IMG/VR virus record: IMGVR_UViG_3300007747_000009
Location: 44,898-108,897 of that record
Reading direction: 5' to 3' (one strand)
Length of the DNA: 64,000 bases
From: a virus
Lineage: Duplodnaviria > Caudoviricetes
A program made the translations under genes and the position numbers. Every line of letters starts with the position of its first letter. The stretch's first letter is position 1. Positions 50,351 through 59,904 of this stretch are shown here, piece by piece. Below the pieces are notes generated by a model, which searched no databases, was not told the origin of the DNA, and worked only from the letters and a program-made list of their open reading frames with translations.

Positions 50351-50908
50351 ATGGAATATAAAGAACTACCATTTGGAACACGCAGTCCTAAACATGATTG
50401 TGTGTTCGTTTGGATATATGCAAAAAACTGTACACCTTACCAGAACTACCCATACAATGATATTCCAAATGTAACGTTGATGTTGAGCGAACTACGCTGG
50501 GATGGTTTGATGGGTGGTGTTGGTGGGGCAGTAGAAACTGACGATATTTCGTTAGAAGAAGCAGTTAAACGAGAAGCATGGGAAGAAATTCATTACGACT
50601 TACCAGTCGGACGTCTTGAACCACTACTCACCTTAAAGAATTTTTCAGGATCACACAACCATAGTTTCTCATTAGAAGTATCTTATGAGGAATTAGTACA
50701 GATCCGTAATAACGCTCACTTAGGTGAGCACTTCAGTGCCGAAAATGCTGGAGTTAACTTAGTTCATATTTGTAGATACATGAAGCCCAATAAGGTTGAG
50801 TGTGGTTACAAATGGTTCTTAGAACAACAGTTTATCGGTTCGTCAAAGCAGGAGTTAGAGTACTTGGTAGATACCAAGGGCTTGCTTGTAAATTATACAG
50901 GAAAATAA
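50351..50908 (+). CDS. Nudix hydrolase
   Basis: RWDGLMGGVGGAVE..EAVKREAWEE Nudix box. Confidence 0.8.
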   Translation: MEYKELPFGTRSPKHDCVFVWIYAKNCTPYQNYPYNDIPNVTLMLSELRWDGLMGGVGGAVETDDISLEEAVKREAWEEIHYDLPVGRLEPLLTLKNFSGSHNHSFSLEVSYEELVQIRNNAHLGEHFSAENAGVNLVHICRYMKPNKVECGYKWFLEQQFIGSSKQELEYLVDTKGLLVNYTGK

Positions 50909-50909
50909 A

Positions 50910-51239
50910 ATGTATAAGATGTTTCTAGATGACTTGCGGGATGCTGAAAAGTACTACCCCAATCAAGGTTTTGTAACAATGAGAACGTATTATGATGCTG
51001 TTGAATACGTGAAGGAACATGGTGTTCCTGAAATGATCTCGTTTGATCATGACCTTGGGGATGAAGCAAGTGATGAAATGACCGGATACAGTTTCGCAAA
51101 ATTTATCATTGACTTCATCATTGATAATGAGTTAAAATGTGTCTTTGAATATGTAGTTCACAGTGCCAACCCAGTAGGGAAACAAAACATTGAGTGCTAC
51201 TTACATAACGGTTTTTCATTCATCAGGAGCCAAGCATGA
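50910..51239 (+). CDS. Cyclic-phosphate-processing receiver-domain protein
   Basis: FLDDLR, ISFDHDLG, TGY, HSANPVG. Confidence 0.75.
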   Translation: MYKMFLDDLRDAEKYYPNQGFVTMRTYYDAVEYVKEHGVPEMISFDHDLGDEASDEMTGYSFAKFIIDFIIDNELKCVFEYVVHSANPVGKQNIECYLHNGFSFIRSQA

Positions 51240-51544
51240 TTAAAATTATTGTAGCTGCATTTGTAACATCGGGAATTTGTTTTCTAATTAGTTCATGTAA
51301 CCATCAACTTGAAAATACCCGTAAAAATGACATTTATTACAATTCTGCACAAGTAGTAGGTGTTGGTCAGTGCAGGGATAGCAAATGTGCTTTCTCTTAC
51401 AAGACCAGTACTGGAAGCGTGGAATATGGTATGTCTGACACACCATTGACCACTGGGCAATTAGTCTACCAGCAATGTTGGACTGAGAAGGTTAAAGGCC
51501 CACAGTGTTATACTGAATACAAACCTTCAGACAACAGCAAATAA
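51236..51544 (+). CDS. Putative lipoprotein / exported Cys-rich protein
   Basis: Hydrophobic N-terminus then SSC; four further Cys. Confidence 0.6.
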   Translation: MIKIIVAAFVTSGICFLISSCNHQLENTRKNDIYYNSAQVVGVGQCRDSKCAFSYKTSTGSVEYGMSDTPLTTGQLVYQQCWTEKVKGPQCYTEYKPSDNSK

Positions 51545-51596
51545 TCGTAGCTAAATACGATTGAAGGGGCAAGGAATGCCCTATACATAGATAAGG

Positions 51597-53054
51597 ATGT
51601 TTATGAAAAAATATGCTATAGACACAAACGTTATTCTTAGTGACCCATCTGCTATCCAAGCATTTAATGGTGCTAATGTAATTTTACCATTCACTGTATT
51701 AGAAGAATTGGATTCCATCAAAAGTCGTAATATTGATGTAAGCCGTGACGCACGTGTTGCAATCCGTAATATCTCAGATATTATTGAATCTGCAACACAT
51801 GAAGAAATTTCCGAAACAGGGGTGGACGTTTCTAAAATTCACAAGCATATGGATCCATCAAGCCGTTTATTTGTCATCACAGTAGAAGAAGCCGCTGCTA
51901 TAGTACGTTTAAGTACTAAAGAAGAGGAACTACAAAAGGTATCAACATTACTCAATAGTACTGTACCAGATGACAAAATTATTCTAGTAGCTTTAGCAAC
52001 TGGGTCAGTACTTGTTACTCGTGATATTAACATGCGTATCAAAGCACTAGCTTATGGTGTTGAAGTACAAGATTACAGCCATGATGTGACCATTGAAGAC
52101 TCTGACCTAATCCACACTGGTCACCATGAACTAGAATTCGATATTTGGGATGCAATTTCCGAATCCGGGGCAACAGTTTATTGTGAAGCAGCAGGTCGTA
52201 AATCATTCCAGTATATTCCAGAAGCTGCAATTAAACATCTTCTACCTACGAATCTTTGCATTGGTGATTTTGTTTATGATACTAATGATGTACTATTCGT
52301 GTTCGAAGGTTGGGGTACGCACGAACATGCAGATCCATCAGTAATCGATGATGTAGATTACATGGTATTCCTTGACATTGGTCAAGCTAGAGCACTACGT
52401 ACTAAAGTATGGGATATAAAATCTAAAAACATTCAACAAGCAATGGCTATCAATAGTATTCTTGATCCTGATGTACATATTACAGTACTACTAGGTTCAG
52501 CGGGTACTGGTAAGACACTAATTACTATTGCTACAGCATTAGATCTTGTACTTGAGCAGAAAAATGCGTATCAACGTATTATTTTCTCTAAGACACAAGA
52601 TTCCCAGTTCGAAGATATCGGATTCTTACCCGGTACTGAAACTGAAAAAGTTATTCCATTCTGTGGAGCAGCAATTGACGCATTGGAATTCCTACACAAA
52701 GATGATGCGAACCCACAAGGTTCAATTGAAGAAATTATGAAACGTAATGTACTTCAATTCAAAGCACTAAACTTTGTTCGTGGACGTAGTTTTATTAATA
52801 CGATCCTAATCGTTGATGAATTCCAAAACATTACACCAGCACAGGCAAAAACAATCTTGACTCGTGCCGGTGAGAACTGTAAGGTAATCATCATGGGCAA
52901 CCTAAGTCAGATTGACTCACGCTTTATCAGTCCAGTAAACAGCGGTCTAACCTATGTTACTGAGAAGTTTAAAGATTGGGAAGGTTGTCGTATCATTGAG
53001 CTTGAAGGTGTTGTTCGTTCACCACTAGCAGCGTTCGCAGAAGAAAATCTATAA
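51597..53054 (+). CDS. phoH: PIN domain-PhoH-family ATPase
   Basis: DTNV (PIN), GSAGTGKT, GFLPG, RGRSF, DEFQN, QID. Confidence 0.9.
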   Translation: MFMKKYAIDTNVILSDPSAIQAFNGANVILPFTVLEELDSIKSRNIDVSRDARVAIRNISDIIESATHEEISETGVDVSKIHKHMDPSSRLFVITVEEAAAIVRLSTKEEELQKVSTLLNSTVPDDKIILVALATGSVLVTRDINMRIKALAYGVEVQDYSHDVTIEDSDLIHTGHHELEFDIWDAISESGATVYCEAAGRKSFQYIPEAAIKHLLPTNLCIGDFVYDTNDVLFVFEGWGTHEHADPSVIDDVDYMVFLDIGQARALRTKVWDIKSKNIQQAMAINSILDPDVHITVLLGSAGTGKTLITIATALDLVLEQKNAYQRIIFSKTQDSQFEDIGFLPGTETEKVIPFCGAAIDALEFLHKDDANPQGSIEEIMKRNVLQFKALNFVRGRSFINTILIVDEFQNITPAQAKTILTRAGENCKVIIMGNLSQIDSRFISPVNSGLTYVTEKFKDWEGCRIIELEGVVRSPLAAFAEENL

Positions 53055-53059
53055 TTTAT

Positions 53060-53083
53060 AGGGGGCATATATTGCCCCCTTTC
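53060..53083 (+). terminator. Intrinsic terminator
   Basis: AGGGGGCA-TATAT-TGCCCCCT-TT. Confidence 0.7.
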
Positions 53084-53100
53084 GTTTAAGGTGATATAAT

Positions 53101-53490
53101 ATGTTCATGCATAGATTTGGTCAAAAACACCAACTTAATATTGTTGCTGTGTATAAAAAGGGAAAGTCTGAAAAACTATCGGTTGATAACATCAGATTTG
53201 TGGTTGATGATTATTATGATCTTTTTAACAAAGCATATGAAAGTACGTGTGGATTAATTTTATGTATGCCAGAACGACCATTATTTGAAAGTGATGACAA
53301 ATCAAGCATAACATTAAATGATCGACCTGAGTTCATCGGAAATATTCAGGTAATCAACTGGAACGTTGATATAACATCTACACAATTAAAAGTAAAGAAT
53401 TATAACTATTACAAACTTGATATCAATTCAGATGAAGTTCAGAATATTTTAACCAAACTTACTGAAGAAATTTATTGCTTTGTAAAATAA
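53101..53490 (+). CDS. Hypothetical protein
   Basis: 129 aa; SD AAGGTG. Confidence 0.7.
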   Translation: MFMHRFGQKHQLNIVAVYKKGKSEKLSVDNIRFVVDDYYDLFNKAYESTCGLILCMPERPLFESDDKSSITLNDRPEFIGNIQVINWNVDITSTQLKVKNYNYYKLDINSDEVQNILTKLTEEIYCFVK

Positions 53491-53502
53491 AGGTGATATA
53501 AT

Positions 53503-53733
53503 ATGTCCAAGAAGATAACAGTAAAAGGTTGTCCATGTTGTGGCGAAAAAGCATATTGGTGCAAAGCAAACCGTGACATTCGAATGTACGACCGAGTACA
53601 ATGCTTAAGTTGCTCACTTGAGGTTGAGGGTGATTATACCCCACAGTCAGCAGTAGAGATTTGGAATCATCGAGTACTAGATCATTATTGCCAAGATACA
53701 GTTTACAATATTGATGGTGACCAAATTCAGTAA
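53503..53733 (+). CDS. Lar-family (restriction alleviation-like) zinc-finger protein
   Basis: CPCCG..VQCLSC..AVEIWNHR. Confidence 0.65.
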   Translation: MSKKITVKGCPCCGEKAYWCKANRDIRMYDRVQCLSCSLEVEGDYTPQSAVEIWNHRVLDHYCQDTVYNIDGDQIQ

Positions 53734-53738
53734 AACTT

Positions 53739-53767
53739 GGGACAAACCCAAAATTATGTGATATAAT
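53739..53767 (+). promoter_or_regulatory. Promoter GGGACA-N17-TATAAT with TGTGA extended -10
   Basis: Recurring motif. Confidence 0.7.
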
Positions 53768-53801
53768 ATAAATGTTATCAAAAACAAAAGAGGAAATAAA
53801 A

Positions 53802-54053
53802 ATGGAACAGACTAATAAAAAAGACGTACAAAACTCCCGCCGTGCTAAACAAGATGCAAGTACTGCACTTGATGGTTTCAAGAAACTACGCAAGAATGGT
53901 GTACTAACCCGCCAACAGTTCCGTACAATTACCTTTGATAAAGGACTACAAAGTAGTACTAAAGGTTCCCCACTAATCACTACTTACGAGTTAGTGAAGC
54001 AGGGCAAAAAGAAAGTACTAGAAGTTAAAACCCAGCAGTGGACTCGCATCTAA
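53802..54053 (+). CDS. Small basic hypothetical protein
   Basis: 83 aa; SD GAGG; own promoter. Confidence 0.75.
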   Translation: MEQTNKKDVQNSRRAKQDASTALDGFKKLRKNGVLTRQQFRTITFDKGLQSSTKGSPLITTYELVKQGKKKVLEVKTQQWTRI

Positions 54054-54131
54054 TTTGATGCCTGTATTAAACAACATTGATAAATAATGTTATAATAATA
54101 ATAACATTTTTCAGACTCCATGTTGTTTTTC

Positions 54132-54167
54132 AAGGCCACTTTCCTCATTAAGTGGCCTTTTTTCTTT
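54132..54167 (+). terminator. Intrinsic terminator
   Basis: AAGGCCACTT-tcctcatt-AAGTGGCCTT then T tract. Confidence 0.8.
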
Positions 54168-54174
54168 TAAGGAA

Positions 54175-54882
54175 ATGGTAATGACCAACCGAGAATTATT
54201 AAATATTTTAAAGGTTCATTTCTTAACAAATTATAACACTACGTCATTTTTCATATATGGCTCATATGCAGAATTAAGAAAAGATTTTTTACTTACACCA
54301 AAGGATATTGATGTAATTTTAATAGATGCTTCAAATATTGAACACGGAAAAGAAATTATTATTAATATTCCTGAAATTGATCTACCCATAAATATTTGTT
54401 CAAAATCAATCGAAGAAGTAAAAAAAGATGCACTAAATCTTGAACCTAAATTTTTCAGCACTATATTCCCATCTGGCTCGTATGAGTTATTTTGTGTTCT
54501 TAGTGATTCGATTGATATGAAAACACCTAAAGAAATAAGACATGCAATTAGTAATTTTAGTTCATCCGCTTATAATAAAGGTAAGAAGAAGTTAATCGTT
54601 GAAGAAGATTACGATGAATATTTGGGATTGAAAAATTTATATCATGCATTCAAATTCATTGTGTACGCAATGAACTATTACGGTGATATTAATTACGCAT
54701 CATCATTCGTTGATCCAAAATACTATGAAATATGGTACTTGAATGATATTAGAAAACTAATTTTTAATACTTATGCTTCTAGTACTGGTACAAATGAAGA
54801 AAGATTCAAAGCAGTTGACATAGTGATTCGACCACTGTACAATGCACTCATGACAAAATTTAGAAAGAAATTCCCAAAATGA
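54175..54882 (+). CDS. Pol-beta-type nucleotidyltransferase-like protein
   Basis: IYGS...KDIDVI. Confidence 0.55.
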   Translation: MVMTNRELLNILKVHFLTNYNTTSFFIYGSYAELRKDFLLTPKDIDVILIDASNIEHGKEIIINIPEIDLPINICSKSIEEVKKDALNLEPKFFSTIFPSGSYELFCVLSDSIDMKTPKEIRHAISNFSSSAYNKGKKKLIVEEDYDEYLGLKNLYHAFKFIVYAMNYYGDINYASSFVDPKYYEIWYLNDIRKLIFNTYASSTGTNEERFKAVDIVIRPLYNALMTKFRKKFPK

Positions 54883-54891
54883 GGTTAACAT

Positions 54892-55152
54892 ATGATTACT
54901 AAAGGGCCGTGGGCCATTGAAAAAAATGAAGATACCGGTTGTTGGATGGTTGTAACGCAAGATGGTAACGAAATCTATTCAGTTTCAAAAAGTGAAAGTG
55001 ATTGGGAAAATGTATGTCTAGCACGTTCTGGACCGTACTTGATGGAAGCATTAGAAGAAATTTTAGCAACGCTAGATCCTGACGGCAACCATCCATTCTT
55101 TGGAAAAGCTAGAGTTTCACTACAATACGCAAAATTAAACCCGGACGAGTAA
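54892..55152 (+). CDS. Hypothetical protein
   Basis: TKGPW..N..L...P.L.EALE pattern; SD GAGG. Confidence 0.75.
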   Translation: MITKGPWAIEKNEDTGCWMVVTQDGNEIYSVSKSESDWENVCLARSGPYLMEALEEILATLDPDGNHPFFGKARVSLQYAKLNPDE

Positions 55153-55225
55153 TAAAATATGAAAAAACAAATCAAAGGACGCATGACTTTCCATTAGTGA
55201 TACTTAAACACTAATAGGAGAATAT

Positions 55226-55786
55226 ATGTTCTTTAATCAAACATTCGTGCTCTACCACGATTCAGGTAATATCGAAATTGTAGAAGATCTCATTACATAC
55301 ATTAGAGCAGTAGGTTATCCTCGCTTCCATGCAACAATGAAATTTAACGTTGGTGAGTACAAGAGAACTCGCGATCTATATGGTACTCCGGGATGGTATG
55401 ATTCATACGCTCTTGGTCGGGCAAACTACTGCGACAACCATTTTGGTTTCTTCTTGTGTACTGAAAAGGGTATCATGATTTCCCCGGACTTACTTACGGG
55501 TGAATACGAAAGATGGTACTCAAGCTATGCGTTCAACTGGCGTACTGCATACGCTAAACGGATGTGGAACCGTCAAGGTACGACGAGCCACACTAGGACA
55601 GGTGACAAGCACCCTACTAACCAACAAGCCCGTAGAATGGCGGTAGGGGTGGTTAAAGAGGATGGTGAGCCTGAGTTTCGTGGTGCTCGCCGGAATTTAA
55701 ACTCTTGGTGGGATGAAGTACAAGTAAGAAGAAGCTGTTCTTGGAAGAACTGCACTAAACGTAAAAAACAATACAAAGGGAGCTAA
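55226..55786 (+). CDS. Hypothetical protein
   Basis: 186 aa; SD AGGAG; basic tail SWK..KRKKQY. Confidence 0.8.
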   Translation: MFFNQTFVLYHDSGNIEIVEDLITYIRAVGYPRFHATMKFNVGEYKRTRDLYGTPGWYDSYALGRANYCDNHFGFFLCTEKGIMISPDLLTGEYERWYSSYAFNWRTAYAKRMWNRQGTTSHTRTGDKHPTNQQARRMAVGVVKEDGEPEFRGARRNLNSWWDEVQVRRSCSWKNCTKRKKQYKGS

Positions 55787-55800
55787 TGCTCCCTTTTTCT
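55775..55800 (+). terminator. Intrinsic terminator
   Basis: AAAGGGAGC-TAAT-GCTCCCTTT-TT. Confidence 0.75.
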
Positions 55801-55813
55801 ATAGGTACAAATT

Positions 55814-56143
55814 ATGAACAAGCAAAAAGTTAGTATCAGTATTGGTGGATTCCCAATAGAAGAAATGCCACTTGATGAATTAATCTCTAAATTAGAAGGG
55901 TTCAAAGCAAATCCAGATGATGACATTACAGTAAAGTTCGAAGGTGCTTATGATGGTTACTACGATTTTGTATTGATGTTAAATCGTGAAGAAACAGATG
56001 AAGAATTGGAAGCTAGAATCCAAGAATCCAAAAAGAACCAACGAGCTAAGACTAAAAAAGAGATGGACAGGCTCATGAAATCTGATACACTCACTGAAGA
56101 TGAGAAAAACAAACTGATCAACTACATTCGGAGTACTAAATGA
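55814..56143 (+). CDS. Hypothetical protein (paralog pair)
   Basis: LDELISKL...REETDEE. Confidence 0.75.
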   Translation: MNKQKVSISIGGFPIEEMPLDELISKLEGFKANPDDDITVKFEGAYDGYYDFVLMLNREETDEELEARIQESKKNQRAKTKKEMDRLMKSDTLTEDEKNKLINYIRSTK

Positions 56144-56427
56144 CCAAAAGAATGATTTCCTGTACGGTTGATTCGTTCGAGTTAGAAGATTGTTCAGTTG
56201 ATGAAATGTTAGAAAAACTAAATGAATGTAAAAAACAATACCCAAATGTAGAATTACACATTTCATATGAATACTTATATGAATTCGAAGGTCCAGATCA
56301 CATCGATGTTTATTTCAATAGAATTGAAACTGATGAAGAACAACAAGAACGCGAGGATTTAGAAAAAAATCACGTAGAAAAACATAGAAAAATTACAAAG
56401 TATTTGGGGGAATTTAATAATGAATAA
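56140..56427 (+). CDS. Hypothetical protein (paralog pair)
   Basis: VDEMLEKL...RIETDEE. Confidence 0.75.
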   Translation: MTKRMISCTVDSFELEDCSVDEMLEKLNECKKQYPNVELHISYEYLYEFEGPDHIDVYFNRIETDEEQQEREDLEKNHVEKHRKITKYLGEFNNE

Positions 56428-57274
56428 AGAAAAGATGTTGTATCATGCAAAACACAATGGCAAACTAAGTTTCACTTCAAAAGAATTCGCTGGACAAATT
56501 GCTAGCAATTTACGCTTTCTCATTGATGGTGGTTTTTTGAAATGGGAAACAAATACATTATGGGATGAGTACTCATCATGTGGTGAAGAAGATTTGTATG
56601 AAGATGCATGGCATCAATATAGTATTACACCCAATGGTGAAGTACTACTAGCGATTTACCGTTTAGAATATACTTATAAGAATCACTACGGTAAAAGTAC
56701 TGAAGGTACTGAAAAGCACAATCGCCGTGCAGAAGAATTCAATAAATTGATTCAATATTCATCACTAGATTTGGAAGGATATAAAAAGTACTTAACCAAA
56801 AATCAAATTAAGGCAATGAATAATGGTTATGCTATTAGTAATCCGCGTACACTTGAGCAGCAAGATGATGATGCAATAACATTATCACCTTATAAGATTT
56901 CCGAAGTAGCTTTGGGTACATTGGAAAAGCGTCTAGATAGTATTGATCTAACTGAATTGTCACTCGAATCTATGTTCAATATGAGTACTGGCTTAGGTCA
57001 AAAAGATCATTCGAAGATGAGAACTGAAGAATATGTACTTCGTAAAGTCAATGAAGAACTTGGTGAAATGACCCTAGAAATGAACATTCGTGATGGGTTG
57101 TCATACAAAACCGCTGGTTCTGATGGTGTAAAAGGTGAAGCAGTTGATTTAGCAATTTGTGCTCTTGACATGTTCGCATTGCAATGCGATAATATGACAT
57201 CAGAAGAGATGGAACGTGAGTTCTTATCTTATATGTTAGTTAAACTCAATAAATGGAGGGATTCACTAAAATGA
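56420..57274 (+). CDS. Protein with C-terminal MazG-like NTP pyrophosphohydrolase domain
   Basis: KVNEELGEM...GEAVDLAICALD...KLNKW. Confidence 0.65.
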   Translation: MNKEKMLYHAKHNGKLSFTSKEFAGQIASNLRFLIDGGFLKWETNTLWDEYSSCGEEDLYEDAWHQYSITPNGEVLLAIYRLEYTYKNHYGKSTEGTEKHNRRAEEFNKLIQYSSLDLEGYKKYLTKNQIKAMNNGYAISNPRTLEQQDDDAITLSPYKISEVALGTLEKRLDSIDLTELSLESMFNMSTGLGQKDHSKMRTEEYVLRKVNEELGEMTLEMNIRDGLSYKTAGSDGVKGEAVDLAICALDMFALQCDNMTSEEMEREFLSYMLVKLNKWRDSLK

Positions 57275-57660
57275 AATCTGAATTTGAAAATAGAGGCAAA
57301 GAGCTATTGGTTAAATTTATTAGCTCAAACTTATCAACCACTATCCAACCAATGTATTATGATGATGATTATAACAACATGGATCTATCAAATATTAGTG
57401 ATCCAGATGCATGGGAAAAAGATTTAGCAGATTCATTTGTAGATGAGGATGAGGATGAATTTGCTCAAGAAATTTATCAACAGAGGTCTGGATTTTCACC
57501 AGAAACTGGCGATGAAATTGCTGTTCATGACGAAGATATTGACACAATTTATCTTTACGTTTATAATGGATGTGAAGACATGGAGTATGGTGAAGTAGCT
57601 TATACCGTACTCTTTATGAAAGATGGTACAATTCTCCTTGGTAATTACTCTGGGGATTAA
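57271..57660 (+). CDS. Hypothetical acidic protein
   Basis: SD GGAGG. Confidence 0.75.
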   Translation: MKSEFENRGKELLVKFISSNLSTTIQPMYYDDDYNNMDLSNISDPDAWEKDLADSFVDEDEDEFAQEIYQQRSGFSPETGDEIAVHDEDIDTIYLYVYNGCEDMEYGEVAYTVLFMKDGTILLGNYSGD

Positions 57661-57687
57661 ACACATATAATTTAGCAGGGAGTTCTT

Positions 57688-58134
57688 ATGAAAAATAGTG
57701 TTGGTGCATCAATTAAATATGTGGCAGGTACACCACAACGTAAAAAAATGTTTGATATGACATTGGATGATGTTAACTTTGGTTTGGAAATGAGTATGAC
57801 CAAATCACCAGTTGAATATCAACAAACAACACTAAAATATGCAATACCATTTATTGAGAATTGTGTTAGAAATAATCAAATTCGCAGTGAGAAATATTCG
57901 TATTTCCCCTTGGTGATGGGTAGAAGTAAATTTATTGCTAGTGTTAACCTAGTTGGTGAAGGTAATTTTGAAGATCCTGTTGACTTTCTAAAAGAAAAGG
58001 AAGAATACAAAACATTAACCGATGATTGCAAAGAAAGCATCAACAACTCACTCATTATCATTGATGGTAAAATCTACTCAGCTTATGTCACCCCAGACAA
58101 ACGCCGGATGACAAAAAAGAAAAAAAGAAAATAA
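57688..58134 (+). CDS. Hypothetical protein
   Basis: 148 aa; SD GGGAG. Confidence 0.75.
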   Translation: MKNSVGASIKYVAGTPQRKKMFDMTLDDVNFGLEMSMTKSPVEYQQTTLKYAIPFIENCVRNNQIRSEKYSYFPLVMGRSKFIASVNLVGEGNFEDPVDFLKEKEEYKTLTDDCKESINNSLIIIDGKIYSAYVTPDKRRMTKKKKRK

Positions 58135-58168
58135 TTGACAAGGGATTAGGTGTACTGCTATAATCCCT
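58135..58168 (+). promoter_or_regulatory. sigma70-type promoter with inverted repeat
   Basis: TTGACA-18-TATAAT with TG extension; AGGGATTA...TAATCCCT. Confidence 0.6.
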
Positions 58169-58194
58169 ATAACATTTAATCTGGAGATAAAATT

Positions 58195-58704
58195 ATGGGT
58201 AAAGTACTGGTAGCTGTAGATGCATCAGGTTCATTCACATCCGATGATACATGGCCTAATGTTAAGAAAATTGTAAACGAAACTGTTGAAATTCTATCAC
58301 GTGATAATGAAGTAGTACTGGCAAAGTTCAGTACTGATGTACGGATTGTGTCTCTTGATGAGTTCAACTTAGGGTGGGATTTCACCAAAGGTGACGGTGG
58401 TGGAACGTACTTTGAAAAAGTACTTGCAGTTGTTGGTGAGTATGATAAAGTACTTGTCATCACGGATGGTCACTTGGGTTATGATGTGAAAGGTGATCAA
58501 ATAGCATTGATGATTCTCCCAGATCCAGATTATGGTGATCAATTACCGATTGTTGATTTCTTGTGTGAACATTGTGGAAATGAGCGTGGTAAACATCGTT
58601 CTACTACATATGATTGCCCAATTAAAGGTAAAAAATCAGAGTTCAGTACCCAAACAGTTTTCAGCATTGATCCATCTAAACCACTTCGCAAAAGAACTAT
58701 CTAG
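58195..58704 (+). CDS. vWA-like (MIDAS) domain protein
   Basis: VAVDASGS, GGGTYF, VITDG; C-terminal CxxC..H..C. Confidence 0.7.
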   Translation: MGKVLVAVDASGSFTSDDTWPNVKKIVNETVEILSRDNEVVLAKFSTDVRIVSLDEFNLGWDFTKGDGGGTYFEKVLAVVGEYDKVLVITDGHLGYDVKGDQIALMILPDPDYGDQLPIVDFLCEHCGNERGKHRSTTYDCPIKGKKSEFSTQTVFSIDPSKPLRKRTI

Positions 58705-58715
58705 GAGATTGTAAA

Positions 58716-59816
58716 ATGAGCTATCCAAAAAATGCAAGTCCAGAGGTAATTGCCGAACATTTCAAGCAAAATACAGTACGTTGGATCAATGTATTTGAAA
58801 ATAATGTAGTCCCAGAAGATATTATCTTGGAATTCAAAAATCGTATCTTCAAAGGTGATTGCTGTGCTCGCGTCACTGCGATGGTGAAAATGTTTATTAG
58901 TAATAAGATTAAACTAACATCACCTGAACTATTTGATCTTATTCTAAAATGGGTTGATGTTAATTCATTTAGACAGATTAATTCTATCTATCCTATTATG
59001 GATCACTTCTTATCTAAATCAAAAGAAGAAATTGATTCCATTAAATGGATTCTTCCTAAAATATTACGTTCAGTTCCAGAAGTTAATGTTGAGTTTCTTA
59101 ATCTTTTTGCATCTCTTGATATTCCAAATGAAGAAAAAATTAAAGAAATTAAATCAATGTTGTCTTATAACATTGTTAAGCATGAAGTCGCGGCAGAAGC
59201 TTTTAAAATTTATAAACAAATTTTTCATCATTCCTTTGCCCATGCATCATGTTATACGGCATACGATATCGACTGTGAAGTGTTTTCACAACTAGAATAT
59301 ATTGACTTGGTTCCTGATAATAAAATTATTGAGTTTTTCGATTCACCTTGTTACAGTGGCAATAACGGGCAGCGGTACGCAACTAAATCGGATTTGGCAA
59401 AGTTTAACTCAGTTGAAATTGTGGATAAAGTTGTTTCTAAAATAAAATTAGCACGTGCTGATAATTATTATGTTAACATTAGTTCTGATAAATGGGAAAG
59501 GACACGCGAACTGATCAAGTCACATCCCGACGCGTCTGAAATTGATAAACTATTATCGAAACCGGCAGAACGTTTTTCAAATCTTACAATTGATTGGGAA
59601 GATGCGGATCGTGAAATTTCAGAAAACAATCTCAGTACTGAAATTGTAACATCACTAATGTATCGTGAAGATGCCCCGTTGTGGTTTACGGATAAGTACC
59701 AAAGTAAAATCATGCAATTGTTACTTATTAGTAATAAAAAGACTGCAATTGTTAATGATTGTTATCGTGGATTCGTTGAGTCATTTGGTTCAAAATCCGA
59801 ATTTCGCCATTTTTAG
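58716..59816 (+). CDS. Hypothetical helical protein
   Basis: 366 aa; SD AGGAG. Confidence 0.8.
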   Translation: MSYPKNASPEVIAEHFKQNTVRWINVFENNVVPEDIILEFKNRIFKGDCCARVTAMVKMFISNKIKLTSPELFDLILKWVDVNSFRQINSIYPIMDHFLSKSKEEIDSIKWILPKILRSVPEVNVEFLNLFASLDIPNEEKIKEIKSMLSYNIVKHEVAAEAFKIYKQIFHHSFAHASCYTAYDIDCEVFSQLEYIDLVPDNKIIEFFDSPCYSGNNGQRYATKSDLAKFNSVEIVDKVVSKIKLARADNYYVNISSDKWERTRELIKSHPDASEIDKLLSKPAERFSNLTIDWEDADREISENNLSTEIVTSLMYREDAPLWFTDKYQSKIMQLLLISNKKTAIVNDCYRGFVESFGSKSEFRHF

Positions 59817-59904
59817 TAGATAAAATGAAAACAGATATTCTTGTACTAATGATATTGAAATTGGTAACTAACTTACCGGTTTCGTGGAGTACTAAACAAA
59901 ATTA

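Noticed and set aside
53088-53506. Duplicated 17-mer AAGGTGATATAATATGT (near 53088 and 53490) as promoters
   Set aside because: TATAAT lies directly against the ATG and there is no GGGACA box; better explained as SD (AAGGTG) plus spacer.
53459-53980. 173 aa minus-strand ORF and the many other short antisense or nested ORFs
   Set aside because: They overlap well-supported + strand genes with SDs and motifs; shadow ORFs.
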